Shown in pieces: positions 42,051-54,539 of a DNA stretch of 64,000 nucleotides; position 1 is the stretch's first letter; the number at the start of each line of letters is the position of its first letter. Source of the stretch: an uncultured delta proteobacterium (GTDB taxonomy: Bacteria; Desulfobacterota; Desulfobacteria; Desulfobacterales; JAFDCJ01). The notes beneath the pieces were generated by a model. It was not told the origin of the DNA and did no database searches. It saw nothing but the letters and a program-made list of their open reading frames with translations. The DNA is taken from contig CAVYNY010000022.1 of NCBI GenBank assembly GCA_963769935.1, positions 32,001 through 96,000 on the forward strand. Direction: 5' to 3'. Position numbers and translations under genes: made by a program.

Positions 42051-44051
42051 ATGCTACCGGCAGAGTTGGCAGACAGCATTGGACGAGTGATTATTGAAGG
42101 CGTTCAACCGGAAATCGACGGCGGCCGTTTTCCGATCAAGCGATCGGTGGGCGAAAGCGTCGAAGCGGAGGCCGACATTTTCACCGATGGCCACGATGTA
42201 ATTGCGGCTATCCTGTTGTATCGCAAGGAAACCGATAAAGCATGGCGAGGGGTTTTCATGAAAGCCCTGGGCAACGACCGTTGGCGCGGTTCTTTCCGTG
42301 TGGAAGAAATCGGAAGCTATTTTTACACCTTCCAGGCCTGGGTCGACCACTTTGTGACCTGGTGGCGGGATATCAAGAAAAAAGTGGCCGCCGGGCAGGA
42401 AGTTGCGGCGGATCTGCTGATTGGATCCAAGCTCATCCAAAACGCCGCCGCGCAAGCCGTCGGGGAAGATAAGACCATGCTGAGCAGTTGGGCCGAACTG
42501 CTGGTTTCCGACAAACCGATGGCTGAAAAAATCAGACTGGCATTGGATGGGAACCTGGCGCGTCTGGCGAGCCGGTATCCGGACCGAAGTCATGCAACTC
42601 GTTATGCCAAAAATCTGCCGGTAGCCGTCCATAGGCCTAAAGCCCGCTTCAGTTCATGGTATGAGATGTTTCCCCGCTCATGCAGCGGGCAGGAAGACCG
42701 GCACGGCACATTCAAAGATTGCGAGAATCGCCTGCCCTACATTGCCGAGATGGGATTCGATGTCCTTTACCTGCCGCCGATTCATCCCATCGGCCATTCC
42801 CACCGCAAGGGCAAAAACAACTCCCTGCGGCCGGAGCCGGATGATCCGGGCAGCCCCTGGGCGATCGGGGCACCCGAGGGCGGCCATCGTGCAGTGCATC
42901 CACAACTGGGCACATTGGAAGATTTTCGGCGCTTGGTTTCCAAAGCCAGGGAATTCGGTATCGAAGTGGCCTTGGACCTGGCCTTTCAGTGCAGCCCGGA
43001 TCACCCCTATGTTCAAAAGCATCCTGAATGGTTCTACCGCCGGCCCGACGGTACCATTCAATACGCCGAAAATCCGCCCAAAAAGTATGAGGATATCTAT
43101 CCGCTTAATTTTGAAAACGACCACTGGCAGGATCTCTGGCAGGAGCTTCTGGGCGTCGTGCACTTCTGGATTGAACACGGCATTCGGATTTTCCGGATGG
43201 ACAATCCCCACACCAAGCCGTTTGCCTTCTGGAAATGGCTGATTGCCGCGGTCAGAAAAGACTACCCCGAGTGCATATTTTTGGCCGAGGCCTTTACGCG
43301 GCCCCGGGTCATGTATCGGCTCGCCAAACTTGGATTTACCCAATCCTATACCTATTTCGCCTGGCGCAACACCAAATTGGAACTGACCCAGTATTTTACC
43401 GAACTGACTCGGGCGCCGGTGCGGGAATTCTTCTGGCCCAATCTATGGCCCAATACCCCTGATATCCTAACGGAGTATCTGCAGATGGGCGGCAGACCGG
43501 CATTTGCGACGCGGCTGGTACTGGCGGCAACCCTGGGCGCCAACTACGGCATTTACGGACCGGCCTTTGAGCTTGCTCAAACCGCCGCCCGGGAAGCGCA
43601 CGGCGAAGAGTACCTGGATTCTGAAAAATATCAGATAAAATCCTGGGATACCGAGCGTTCGGACAGTCTGAAATCTTTCATTGCAAGGATCAACCGTATC
43701 CGGCGCGAAAATCCGGCGCTGCAAAACGATCGTAATCTGCATTTTCATCCGGTGAACAATGAGCAGCTGATCGCCTACAGCAAACACACCGACGATCTTG
43801 CAAATATTATTTTGGTGGTCGTCAATCTCGACTCCCATCATACGCACAGTGGATGGCTGGAATTTTCGCCCGAGACGCTGGACCTGGATCCGCAGCAAAC
43901 CTTTCAAGTCCACGATTTGCTAAGTGATTCACGCTATCTGTGGCAGGGCTTAAGCAACTTTGTGGAACTGAACCCGCAGATCGTTCCCGCTCACATATTT
44001 GTCGTGCGGCGCAAAGTCCGCACGGAACGCGACTTTGATTATTTTTTATAA
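42051..44051 (+). CDS. glgE: Alpha-1,4-glucan:maltose-1-phosphate maltosyltransferase
   Basis: WYEMFPRS, YLPPIHPIG, RKGKNN, AENPPKKYEDIYP, FRMDNPHTKP, NTPDIL. Confidence 0.96.
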   Translation: MLPAELADSIGRVIIEGVQPEIDGGRFPIKRSVGESVEAEADIFTDGHDVIAAILLYRKETDKAWRGVFMKALGNDRWRGSFRVEEIGSYFYTFQAWVDHFVTWWRDIKKKVAAGQEVAADLLIGSKLIQNAAAQAVGEDKTMLSSWAELLVSDKPMAEKIRLALDGNLARLASRYPDRSHATRYAKNLPVAVHRPKARFSSWYEMFPRSCSGQEDRHGTFKDCENRLPYIAEMGFDVLYLPPIHPIGHSHRKGKNNSLRPEPDDPGSPWAIGAPEGGHRAVHPQLGTLEDFRRLVSKAREFGIEVALDLAFQCSPDHPYVQKHPEWFYRRPDGTIQYAENPPKKYEDIYPLNFENDHWQDLWQELLGVVHFWIEHGIRIFRMDNPHTKPFAFWKWLIAAVRKDYPECIFLAEAFTRPRVMYRLAKLGFTQSYTYFAWRNTKLELTQYFTELTRAPVREFFWPNLWPNTPDILTEYLQMGGRPAFATRLVLAATLGANYGIYGPAFELAQTAAREAHGEEYLDSEKYQIKSWDTERSDSLKSFIARINRIRRENPALQNDRNLHFHPVNNEQLIAYSKHTDDLANIILVVVNLDSHHTHSGWLEFSPETLDLDPQQTFQVHDLLSDSRYLWQGLSNFVELNPQIVPAHIFVVRRKVRTERDFDYFL

Positions 44052-44066
44052 AAAGCGGTGCTTCCG

Positions 44067-47000
44067 ATGGATAATAGCTCATCAACGCAAGACGAGAGCC
44101 TCTGGTATAGAGACGCCGTCATTTACCAGCTGCATGTCAAAACCTATTTTGACAGTGACGAAGACGGCGTGGGGGACTTCAAAGGTCTCACTCAAAAACT
44201 GGATTATCTGCAAAATTTGGGCGTGACCGCCCTCTGGCTTTTGCCTTTTTACCCGTCGCCGTTAAAGGACGACGGCTACGATATCGCGGATTACACCAAT
44301 ATTAACCCCTCTTTTGGAACCCTGCACGATTTCAAGGTCTTTTTGCGCGAAGCCCATCGGCGAGGATTGAAGGTGATCACCGAGCTGGTCGTAAACCACA
44401 CTTCCGATCAGCATCCCTGGTTTCAAAATGCCCGGCGGGCGAAACCCGGCAGCAGCCGGCGCAATTTCTACGTCTGGAGTGATACGGCCGACAAGTATAA
44501 AGAAGCGCGCATAATTTTTAAAGATTTCGAGTCTTCCAATTGGACCTGGGATCCGGTCGCGGGGGCGTATTACTGGCATCGATTTTACTTCCATCAGCCT
44601 GATTTGAATTTTGACAACCCGCAGGTCCATAAAGCGTTGTTGCGGGCCCTTGACTTCTGGCTGGAGATGGGAGTAGACGGCCTGCGGCTTGATGCCGTGC
44701 CGTATTTGTATGAGCGGGAAGAGACCAACTGCGAAAATCTGTCCGAAACCCATGCGTTTTTAAAAAAATTGCGGGCCCATGTGGATCGCAAATTTGACAA
44801 CCGCATGCTGTTGGGGGAGGCTAACCAGTGGCCGGAGGATGTGGTCGATTATTTCGGCAACGGCGACGAATGCCATATGAATTTTCATTTTCCCCTGATG
44901 CCCCGATTGTTCATGGCGCTGCGCATGGAAGACAGTTTTCCGATTGTCGATATCCTTGAACAAACGCCTGCCATTCCGGACACGTGCCAATGGGCCGTAT
45001 TTTTACGCAATCACGATGAGTTGACGCTGGAGATGGTCACCGATGAGGAGCGCGACTATATGTACCGGGTTTACGCCCGGGATCCTCAAATGCGGGTGAA
45101 TTTAGGCATCCGGCGTCGATTGAATCCGCTGCTGGGAAATCACCACCGCCGCATCGAACTGATGAACGGGCTGCTGTTTTCGATGCCGGGAACGCCGATT
45201 ATCTACTACGGCGATGAGATCGGTATGGGTGACAACATTTTTCTGGGTGATCGCAACGGCGTTCGCACCCCCATGCAGTGGAGTGCGGACCGCAACGCCG
45301 GTTTCTCCAGGAGCAACCCGCATCGTCTTTATTTGCCGGTAATTACCGACCCGGAGTATCATTATGAAGTCGTCAACACCGAAGCTCAGGAAAACAACCG
45401 CCACTCCCTGTTGTGGTGGATGCGACGTCTGATTACCCTGCGCAAACGGTTCAAGGCCTTCAGTCGCGGTGATCTTGAATTTCTGTACCCTGAAAATGCC
45501 AAAATACTGGCGTTTACCCGATCCTATCAGGATGAATGCATTCTGGTAGTTGCCAACCTGTCCCGATTCGTGCAGTACGCGGAATTGGATCTGTCGGCCT
45601 TCAAAAACAGGGTTCCCGTTGAGCTCTTCGGGCGGACGGAATTTCCCGCCGTCGGCGGGGATCCGTATTTTCTTACCCTGGGGCCGCATTCCTTTTACTG
45701 GTTTTTTATGCAGCCTGCCGAAGCGACGCAGGCGGGCAGTGCCCTGACGGCCGAATCCGGCCAGCTTGCATGTCTGGAAGTCGGCAGTTCATGGGAGCAG
45801 GTTTTAAGAGGCAGAGCCAAAAACCAGCTGGAGGAACTGCTGCCCGCTTACCTGCGCGGCAAACGCTGGTTCGGAGGCAAGGCTCAGCAGGTCAAAAAGG
45901 CCGCCATTCAGGAGTTTGTACCCTTGCAGGACGGCGCTTTTGCGGCTTTTATTGCTTTCGCGGCAATTGATTACATGGACGGCAACAGCGAAACGTACGT
46001 GCTGCCCCTGGCCTTTGCTTCCGGGGCCCAGGCAGAGGCTGCGCTGCATGAACATCCGTGGGCGGCCCTGACCCGTCTGCGGATAAAATCCACCGGCGAC
46101 GAGGGAATCCTATTTGAAGCCACGGCCCTGAAGGATTTCGGCACAGCGCTGATCCGGGCCATCGACCACCGTCAGCGGCGTAAAGGGAGTGCCGGGGAGT
46201 TGATATGCTCCCGGACGCCTGTGCTGCGCAGGATTTGTGAAAATAATCCAGCCTCGCTGGAGCCCTCGCTGCTGGGTGCGGAACAGAGCAACACCTCTCT
46301 GGTGTATGGAAGCTGTTTCATCCTGAAGCTTTTCCGGCGGCTTCAGGAAGGCACCAACCCGGATCTTGAAATCGGACGTTTTCTGACCGAAAAAGGCTTT
46401 GCCCACATACCGCCGGTTGCCGGTGCCTTGGAATATCGTGCCGGCCGACAGAAGCCGCAGACGATAGGGATTTTGCAGGGGTTTACCCCCAATCAGGGAG
46501 ATGCCTGGGAATACACCCTGAATACACTGGCACATTATTTTGAAAAGGTCCTCGAAAAGCAGGCAGATAAAACGCCGCCCGTGGTTCCCCGCGCCTCGTT
46601 TATGGAACTGGCTGAAACGGCCGTACCCCCGGATGTGTCTGAGTTGATTGGAATTTACATAGAGTCGGTGCGCATCCTGGCCCTGCGCACCGCGGAGCTG
46701 CACCGGGTGTTGGCGTCCCCTTCGGAAGATCCAAAATTTGCACCCGAGCCTTTCTCCAAATTATATCAACGCTCCCTTTACCAATCCATGCGCACCCTTG
46801 CCGGACGGACACTGCCGCTGCTGCGCCGGCACTTGAACGATTTGCCGGAAACTGATCAGCAGCAGGCATGCGAAGTCCTTGAGATGAATAAAGATATCCT
46901 CAAGCGCTTCCATTCACTGCTGGATCTGAAAATTTCGGGAGTGCGAAGCCGATGCCACGGTGATTTTCATCTGGGGCAGGTGCTCTTTACCGGAAAAGAT

Positions 47001-47408
47001 TTTGTCATTATCGATTTCGAAGGGGAACCCGCCCGACCGATCAGTGAGCGTCAGATCAAACGCTCCCCTCTGCGGGATGTTGCCGGAATGCTGCGCTCCT
47101 TTCACTATGCCGCCTATTCCGCCCTGATTGCAATGGAAAAGCAGGGCATGGTGCAGCCGGAAAGACTGCCGTATTTGGAATCCTGGGCAAATTTATGGTA
47201 TGTGTGGGTGTGTGCGGGTTTTGTAAAAATATATCTGGCTCAGACCGCCGGGGACGGCTTTTTGCCGAGTACCAGAGCAGAAATCGAAATTCTGCTGGAT
47301 GCCCTGCTGCTGGAAAAGGCCATTTATGAACTGGGATATGAACTGAACAACCGGCCCGACTGGGTAAAAATTCCCATCCACGGCATCCGGCAATTATTGC
47401 AGAACTAG
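44067..47408 (+). CDS. treS: Trehalose synthase TreS fused to maltokinase (Mak/Pep2)
   Basis: GH13 [35 protein letters not shown]-terminal kinase [23 protein letters not shown]. Confidence 0.96.
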   Translation: MDNSSSTQDESLWYRDAVIYQLHVKTYFDSDEDGVGDFKGLTQKLDYLQNLGVTALWLLPFYPSPLKDDGYDIADYTNINPSFGTLHDFKVFLREAHRRGLKVITELVVNHTSDQHPWFQNARRAKPGSSRRNFYVWSDTADKYKEARIIFKDFESSNWTWDPVAGAYYWHRFYFHQPDLNFDNPQVHKALLRALDFWLEMGVDGLRLDAVPYLYEREETNCENLSETHAFLKKLRAHVDRKFDNRMLLGEANQWPEDVVDYFGNGDECHMNFHFPLMPRLFMALRMEDSFPIVDILEQTPAIPDTCQWAVFLRNHDELTLEMVTDEERDYMYRVYARDPQMRVNLGIRRRLNPLLGNHHRRIELMNGLLFSMPGTPIIYYGDEIGMGDNIFLGDRNGVRTPMQWSADRNAGFSRSNPHRLYLPVITDPEYHYEVVNTEAQENNRHSLLWWMRRLITLRKRFKAFSRGDLEFLYPENAKILAFTRSYQDECILVVANLSRFVQYAELDLSAFKNRVPVELFGRTEFPAVGGDPYFLTLGPHSFYWFFMQPAEATQAGSALTAESGQLACLEVGSSWEQVLRGRAKNQLEELLPAYLRGKRWFGGKAQQVKKAAIQEFVPLQDGAFAAFIAFAAIDYMDGNSETYVLPLAFASGAQAEAALHEHPWAALTRLRIKSTGDEGILFEATALKDFGTALIRAIDHRQRRKGSAGELICSRTPVLRRICENNPASLEPSLLGAEQSNTSLVYGSCFILKLFRRLQEGTNPDLEIGRFLTEKGFAHIPPVAGALEYRAGRQKPQTIGILQGFTPNQGDAWEYTLNTLAHYFEKVLEKQADKTPPVVPRASFMELAETAVPPDVSELIGIYIESVRILALRTAELHRVLASPSEDPKFAPEPFSKLYQRSLYQSMRTLAGRTLPLLRRHLNDLPETDQQQACEVLEMNKDILKRFHSLLDLKISGVRSRCHGDFHLGQVLFTGKDFVIIDFEGEPARPISERQIKRSPLRDVAGMLRSFHYAAYSALIAMEKQGMVQPERLPYLESWANLWYVWVCAGFVKIYLAQTAGDGFLPSTRAEIEILLDALLLEKAIYELGYELNNRPDWVKIPIHGIRQLLQN

Positions 47409-47426
47409 CTATAAGGAGGTTTGGGG

Positions 47427-49394
47427 ATGTCCGAAAACCAATCCGTGAATCCATCAGCCGGCGAAGCAGCCCGCGATGCAAACACGCAGGGTTTCAGCCT
47501 GCTGACGCAGGATGATATTTACCTGTTCAATGAAGGCAGCCACTTTCGCCTATACGAGAAATTGGGCGCCCATGTGGTGGATGACGACCGTCTGAAAGGG
47601 GTCTATTTTGCAGTGTGGGCGCCCAATGCCGGCCAGGTAAGCGTGATCGGCGATTTCAACGGCTGGGACAATCTCAGCCATCCGCTGCGGCCCAGGGAAT
47701 CCTCGGGAATCTGGGAGGGAACCATTGCGGGGCTTGAAAAAGGCGGGCTCTACAAATACCATATCGTTTCGCGATTCAACAACTATCAGGCCGACAAAGC
47801 CGATCCTTTTGCCTTTTTTAATCAAATTGCCCCGCAAAAGGCCTCGGTCGCCTGGAATTTGGATTATTCCTGGCAGGATCAGGCCTGGATGGCCGACCGC
47901 GGCCGTCCCAATGCCCTTGATGCGCCGATTGCCATTTATGAGGTCCATCCGGGGTCCTGGCAGCGGGTGCCGGAGGAAGACAACCGATCCCTGACCTATC
48001 GCGAGCTGGCCCCCAAGCTTACCGAGTATGTTCACCATATGGGCTTTACCCACATTGAGTTTCTACCGATAATGGAGCACCCGTTTTATGGATCATGGGG
48101 GTACCAAACCCTGGGGTATTTCTCGCCCACCAGCCGCTACGGAACTCCGCAGGATTTTATGTTCCTGATTGATCATCTCCATCAGCACGGCATCGGTGTG
48201 ATTCTGGACTGGGTACCGTCTCATTTTCCGAGCGACGAACACGGCCTGGGCTTTTTCGACGGCTCCCATCTTTTTGAACACGCCGATCCGCGCAAAGGCT
48301 TTCACCCGGACTGGAACAGTTTTATCTTCAATTACGGCCGCAAGGAGGTGCAAAGTTATTTGATCAGCAGTGCCCTGTTCTGGCTGGATAAATATCACAT
48401 CGACGGCTTTCGGGTGGATGCGGTGGCCTCCATGTTGTATCTGGACTACTCCCGCAAAGACGGCGAGTGGATCCCCAATGAATACGGCGGCCATGAGAAC
48501 CTCGAGGCCATCGCCTTTTTGCGCCGCTTCAACGAAGAGGTGCATGCCAATTTTCCCCAGGCGCTGACGATTGCCGAAGAATCCACGGCCTGGCCCATGG
48601 TATCGCGTCCCACCTATACCGGGGGCTTGGGGTTTGATATGAAATGGGATATGGGCTGGATGCATGACACCCTGGATTACATGTCCAAAGAGCCTGTCCA
48701 CCGCTCCTTTCACCACAACAAACTAAACTTCCGGATGCTGTATGCCTATACGGAAAATTACGTTCTGCCGCTGTCCCACGACGAGGTCGTCCACGGCAAG
48801 GGATCGCTGCTGGCCAAAATGTCGGGGGATGAATGGCAAAAGTTCGCCAACTTAAGGATCCTGCTGGGGTACATGTACGCCCAGCCGGGCAAGAAACTGC
48901 TGTTCATGGGCGCCGAATTTGGGCAATGGAGAGAATGGAGTCATGAGCGCAGCCTGGATTGGCATCTGTTGGCAAACCCGCTGCACGCCGGAATTCAGCG
49001 GTGGGTCCATGACCTGAATGGTCTTTACCGGCAGGAACCGACCTTGCATGAGCTTGACTTCAGCGCCAAGGGGTTTCGCTGGATCGACTGCAACGACACA
49101 CTGCAAAGCACCGTCAGTCTGATTCGTCGGGGTCGATCCCCCAAAAACGCCCTGATCGTTGCCTGCAATTTCACGCCGGTTCCGCGCCACAATTACCGCC
49201 TCGGCGCCCCCGGCGGCGGGATCTGGCTGGAAATATTAAACAGTGATGCCCGGGATTACGGCGGCAGCGGGCAGGGCAACCTGGGGGCCCTGGAAGCCGC
49301 CCCCGTTCCCAGCCACGGTTTTCCCTATTCGCTGAATCTGACGCTTCCGCCGCTGGCGGCCGTCTTTTTGAAAATGCGGGAGGATGCCGAATGA
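47427..49394 (+). CDS. glgB: 1,4-alpha-glucan branching enzyme
   Basis: [50 protein letters not shown]. Confidence 0.96.
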   Translation: MSENQSVNPSAGEAARDANTQGFSLLTQDDIYLFNEGSHFRLYEKLGAHVVDDDRLKGVYFAVWAPNAGQVSVIGDFNGWDNLSHPLRPRESSGIWEGTIAGLEKGGLYKYHIVSRFNNYQADKADPFAFFNQIAPQKASVAWNLDYSWQDQAWMADRGRPNALDAPIAIYEVHPGSWQRVPEEDNRSLTYRELAPKLTEYVHHMGFTHIEFLPIMEHPFYGSWGYQTLGYFSPTSRYGTPQDFMFLIDHLHQHGIGVILDWVPSHFPSDEHGLGFFDGSHLFEHADPRKGFHPDWNSFIFNYGRKEVQSYLISSALFWLDKYHIDGFRVDAVASMLYLDYSRKDGEWIPNEYGGHENLEAIAFLRRFNEEVHANFPQALTIAEESTAWPMVSRPTYTGGLGFDMKWDMGWMHDTLDYMSKEPVHRSFHHNKLNFRMLYAYTENYVLPLSHDEVVHGKGSLLAKMSGDEWQKFANLRILLGYMYAQPGKKLLFMGAEFGQWREWSHERSLDWHLLANPLHAGIQRWVHDLNGLYRQEPTLHELDFSAKGFRWIDCNDTLQSTVSLIRRGRSPKNALIVACNFTPVPRHNYRLGAPGGGIWLEILNSDARDYGGSGQGNLGALEAAPVPSHGFPYSLNLTLPPLAAVFLKMREDAE

Positions 49395-51255
49395 GGACCT
49401 CTCTGGGTGCCACTTATTATGGTGACGGTCGCTGCCGGTTCCTGGTGTGGGCGCCGCTGGCCGAACGGGTCGAGATCCGCCAGCTGTCGCCTCAGGAGCG
49501 CAGTGCCGCGCTGGAAAAACTGCCGCAGGGGTATCACCGGGCCGTGTTGACCGACTTCGACCCCTCCGGCCGTTATGTCTATCGTCTTTACAAAATTCAG
49601 GCCAAAGAGCCGGTCGAACGCCCCGACCCGGCCTCGCGCTTTCAGCCCGAGGGCGTCCACGGCCCCTCCCAGGTCGTGGATGCGGAATTTGACTGGGAGG
49701 ATGCCGATTGGCACGGCCTGCCGCTGTCACAGTATATCATCTACGAGCTGCATGTCGGCACGTTTACGCCGGCGGGAACCTTTGACGCCGTTATTGCACA
49801 TCTGGATGAACTCAGGGATATCGGCATCACCGCCGTCGAACTCATGCCGGTGGCCCAGTTTCCCGGCACCCGCAACTGGGGCTATGACGGCACCTATCCG
49901 TTTGCGGCCCAGAACTCATACGGCGGTCCGCAAGGCCTCAAACGGCTGGTCAATGCCTGCCACCGCAAAGGTCTGGCGGTGATCCTGGATGTGGTCTACA
50001 ACCATTTGGGGCCGGAGGGCAATTACCTGAGGGACTTCGGACCTTATTTTACGGACTTCTACCAGACCCCCTGGGGGGAAGCCGTCAATTTCGACGGACC
50101 TTACAGTGACGACGTGCGGCGGTTTTTCATGGAAAATGCGCTTTACTGGGTTGAGGACTGTCATATCGATGCGCTGCGCCTCGATGCCGTGCATGCCATA
50201 TTGGATTTTTCCGCCCGCCCGTTTCTGGAGGAACTGGCCCGGACGGTGCACCGGGCGGCCGAACGGTTAAACCGCCGCATTTACTGTATTGCCGAAAGTG
50301 CCCTGAACGACACGCGCATCATCCGGCCGCGGGAGCTGGGCGGATTCGCCCTGGACGCCCAGTGGAACGACGATTTCCACCATGCCCTGCATGCACTGCT
50401 GACCGGTGAACAGACCGGCTATTATCAGGACTTCGGCCGGCTGCATCAGCTGGCCCGGGCCTGGCGGCGGGGCTTTGTCTACGATGGGCAGTATTCCGGC
50501 TACCGGCAGCGTGCGCACGGCAATTCCTCCCGCAACATTCCGGCGCAGCAGCTGGTGGTTTTTGCCCAGAATCACGATCAGATCGGCAACCGTATGCTCG
50601 GAGAACGCCTGAGCCGGCTGGTTTCTTTTGAGGACTTAAAATTGGCCGCCGGGCTGGTGCTTTTGTCGCCCTTTATCCCTCTGCTTTTTATGGGCGAAGA
50701 GTACGGTGAGACCGCCCCCTTTCAATACTTCATCGACCACTCGGACCCGGAACTCGTAAACGCCGTGCGCGAGGGGCGCCGGCGGGAATTTGCCGCCTTC
50801 GGCTGGGAGGAGGAACCGCCGGATCCGCAGGACGAGGCCACTTTTTTAAGGTCCAAACTGGATCGATCGCTGCGGGATACCAGTCTCGAGCCGGATTCTG
50901 CTGGGCTTTTACCGTGAACTGATCCGGCTGCGCAAGGAAATTCCCGCCCTGGCGCGGCTGAGCAAAAAGCACCAGGATGTCGTTGCCGACCATGAGCATC
51001 GGACACTTTTTGTGCGGCGCCGGGCCGGATCCGATGAGGCATTTATGATTTTTTGCTTCAGCAAGCAGCAAGACGGTGCCGCTGCCGCTGCCGGCGGGCC
51101 GCTGGAAAAAAATTCTGGATTCCGCCGAGCAACGCTGGCTCGGTCCGGGCAGTTTGCTGCCCGAAGAAATTGAATCAGATGGAAGAATCGAGCTGCCCGT
51201 GACGCCGCAGAGTGTCGTGGTTCTTGGAAGAGAAGATGGGCCGGAGGACGGATGA
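49391..51255 (+). CDS. treZ: Malto-oligosyltrehalose trehalohydrolase; two apparent frameshifts near 50890 and 51070
   Basis: [37 protein letters not shown]; shifted frames continue [10 protein letters not shown] and GRWKKILDS to TGA 51255. Confidence 0.88.
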
Positions 51256-51309
51256 CCCGTCGTCGCCCGCGGGCGATGGCGCGGCAAGCAGGAGACAGAA
51301 GACATAGGA

Positions 51310-51720
51310 GGAGGTTTCCGGTGTCAGGTGTCAGCGGGCAGAAGATAAGAAGAAAGATAAAGAAGCTGAGAAGTTGAAAAGTTGGGAAGATGAGAGGGTG
51401 CAAAGGATGAAAGTGGAGAAACATTGAAACGGAGAACCAGGGAAACGGAGATCTGGAGAAACAGAGAAAAGGGAAATGGGATAACAGATAGAAAAGCGGC
51501 GACGAGTAGAAGTTATTGGTTATTTGTTATTAGCTTCCAATTGAAGCCGAGGGAGGTTGAATTTCGTATTCCTACTTCGACATTCGAGCAGTTTTGCGGT
51601 GTTTTTAACTATCAGCTATGAGCTATCAGCTATGAACTATTTTATCTGACACCTGAAACCTGACACCTGACAACCTCATATGGCACCTGAAACCTTTTAG
51701 GAACTCTGAACGCTGAATCC
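51310..51720 (+). repeat. Mosaic intergenic repeat family, copy C
   Basis: GGTGTCAGGTGTCAG...purine tract...core GGAGGTTGAATTTCG..GCGGTGTTTTTAACTAT..(AGCTATC/G)n...CTGACACCTGAAACC. Confidence 0.8.
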
Positions 51721-51735
51721 AAAGCGAGGGATCAC

Positions 51736-54170
51736 ATGACAGACGAACGCTATATTTGCATCCACGGCCACTTTTACCAGCCGCCGCGGGAAAATGCCTG
51801 GCTGGAGGCCGTCGAACTCCAGGATTCGGCTTACCCGTATCATGATTGGAACGAGCGCATTGCCACGAGTGCTATGAGGCCAATGCAACCTCACGTATAT
51901 TGGACGAGCAGGGACGCATTGTGCAGATCGTCAACAACTACAGCAACATAAGCTTTAATTTCGGCCCGACCCTGCTGGCCTGGCTGGAAGAACATGCGGC
52001 CGGTGTATATGAAAAAATTATTCAAGCCGACGTGCAGAGCCGGGAACGTTTTTCCGGCCACGGTTCGGCTCTGGCTCAGGCCTACAACCATATGATCCTG
52101 CCGCTGGCCAATCAGCGGGATAAAAACACCCAGATTATCTGGGGTATCCGCGATTTCGAGCATCGCTTCGGCAGAAAGCCGGAGGGGATGTGGCTGCCGG
52201 AAGCGGCCGTGGATCTGGCAACCCTGGATGTCCTGGCAGAGCATGGCATCCGTTTTACGATTCTAAGCCCCTATCAGGCCAGGCGGGTGCGGCCGATCGG
52301 TGAGGAAAAATGGACGGATGTCGGCCGCGGGGCCATTGATCCCAGAAGGCCCTACCTCCAGCGGCTGCCCGACGGGCGCTCCCTGGCTATTTTTTTCTAT
52401 GACGGTCCGATTTCCCAGGCGGTGGCTTTTGAACGTTTATTAAAAAACGGGGAAGAATTTGCCAACCGTCTGATCGGCGGCTTCGACAATGAGCGCGAGA
52501 CCGCGCAGCTGGTGCACATTGCCACCGATGGTGAAAGCTACGGCCACCATCATCGCCACGGGGACATGGCCCTGGCTTATGCGCTGGATCACATCGAAGC
52601 CAACGGATTTGCGCGCCTGACCAATTACGGCGAATATCTGGAAAGGCATCCGCCGACCCATGAAGTCGAAATCTTCGAAAATACCTCCTGGAGCTGCGCG
52701 CATGGGATCGAACGCTGGCGCAGCGACTGCGGCTGTCATACGGGCCAAAATCCCGACTGGAACCAGTCCTGGCGGGAACCGCTGCGCAATGCGCTGGACT
52801 GGCTGCGCGATGCCCTGGCACCGGTATATGAAGAAAAAATGAAGCATCCGTATCTTGAAAGATCCCTGGCAGGCCCGCAACGATTATATCGACATTATTT
52901 TAAATCGCTCGCCCGAAAATCATCGAGCAGTTCCTGGCCCGGCATGCGGTTCAGCAGCTGAGCCCGGCAGACAGGATCACCGTGCTCAAACTGCTGGAAA
53001 TGCAGCGTCATCTGATGTTGATGTACACCAGCTGCGGCTGGTTTTTTGATGAACTGTCGGGCATTGAAACGGTGCAGGTCATCCAGTACGCCGGCCGGGC
53101 AATCCAGCTTTGCCGCGAAACTACCGGAAATCGACCTGGAGCCGGAATTTTTGGACCATTTGAGCCGGGCCCACAGCAACCTGCCCGAAATGGGCGACGG
53201 GCGCAATATATTTGAAAAATTCGTGAAACCGGCCGGGCTCGATCTCGAGAAGGTGGCCGCGCATTATGCCATCAGCTCCCTGTTTGAAGACTATCCGGCC
53301 GAAGCCTCCATTTTCTGTTATTCCGCCTCCCGGCAGGATTACCGGATTGCCGAGGTCGGCAAGGCCAAGCTGGCGGTGGGGCGGGTGACCATGTCCTCCA
53401 ATATTACCCTTGAAACAGATGCATTTCATTTCGGGGTAATGCACTTCGGCGATCACAACCTCACCTGCGGTATCGGAAAAATTCCGGCTGAAGAGGATTT
53501 CCGGCGTTTGCAGGAAGAAATTTTCACCATGTTTGAAAAAGCCGATTTCCCTGCCGTCCTCAGGGTTCAGGACGAATTTTTCGGATTATCGCAGTACTCC
53601 CTCAAGACATTATTTCGGGACAGACAGCGCCAAATCCTGGAGCTGATTCTGGCGACCGCCGAGGATGATGCCCTGCTGGTTTACCGGCATCTGTACGAGG
53701 ACAATGTCCCGCTTATGCGGTTTTTGAAAGATTCCGGCAGCCCGCCGCCCCAGGTGTTAAGGACGGCCGGCGAGCTGGTCATTAATGGGGATTTGCGTCT
53801 CGAGTTCAGCCGCGACGAGCTGGACCATGAGACCATTCAAAATCTGATCGACGCCGCCGATTTGGCCGGAATCTCCTTGGATGCCAAAACCCTCGAATTC
53901 GTGCTGCGGCAAAAGCTGGGACGTCTGGCGGAACAAATACGACAGACCCCGGAGGACATCGATCTGCTTGAACGGATGCTGGCAGCGGTGGAGCTGGTCT
54001 ATGTCCTGCCGTTTGACGTCAATCTGCGAAAAGTTCAGAACATTCAATACGATCTGAATCAACGGCTCTACCCGGTCTACCAGGAGAAAACCGCCGGAGG
54101 CGATGCATCCGCCGGCCGGTGGATAAAATGTGCCGATGCATTGAACGAAAAACTGCTGATCAAGGCCTGA
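51736..54170 (+). pseudogene. GH57 glycoside hydrolase with DUF3536; about four single-base frameshifts
   Basis: CIHGHFYQPPRENAW, SFNFGPTL, GMWLPE, ATDGESYGHHH, MYTSCGWFFDE spread over five frames. Confidence 0.85.
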
Positions 54171-54515
54171 GGGTTCAGAGGTTCAGGGTAGGACAGATGA
54201 CAGAGGAGAGAGCATAAGGTTTTGGGTGTCAAGTTTCAGGTGTCCGCTTACAGAAAAGGGAGACCAGTCGACAGAGGATAGAGGCTAGAGCTGGGAAGTT
54301 GCGAAGTTGGGAAGATAGGAGGCGAGTAGAAATTATTAATTATTGATTATTTGTTATGAGCTTTCAAACGGAGCAGACGGAGGTTGAATTTCGGTTCCTC
54401 ATTCGACGTTCTGCGGTGTTTTTTAACTATGAGCAATGGACTATGAGCTTTGAACTATCAGCTATCAGCTATGAGCTTTTTTTCTGGCACCTGACACCTG
54501 AACACTGAAACCTCA
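54171..54515 (+). repeat. Mosaic intergenic repeat family, copy D
   Basis: Same core GACGGAGGTTGAATTTCG..TTCGACGTTCTGCGGTGTTTTTTAACTATGAGC, with inverted TCAGGTG/CACCTGA ends. Confidence 0.8.
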
Positions 54516-54539
54516 GCCACATCACTAAAAGGGTAGCTA

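Noticed and set aside
29881..54170. Programmed ribosomal frameshifting as the explanation for split genes
   Set aside because: No consistent slippery heptamer or stimulator, and these families are not known to be recoded.
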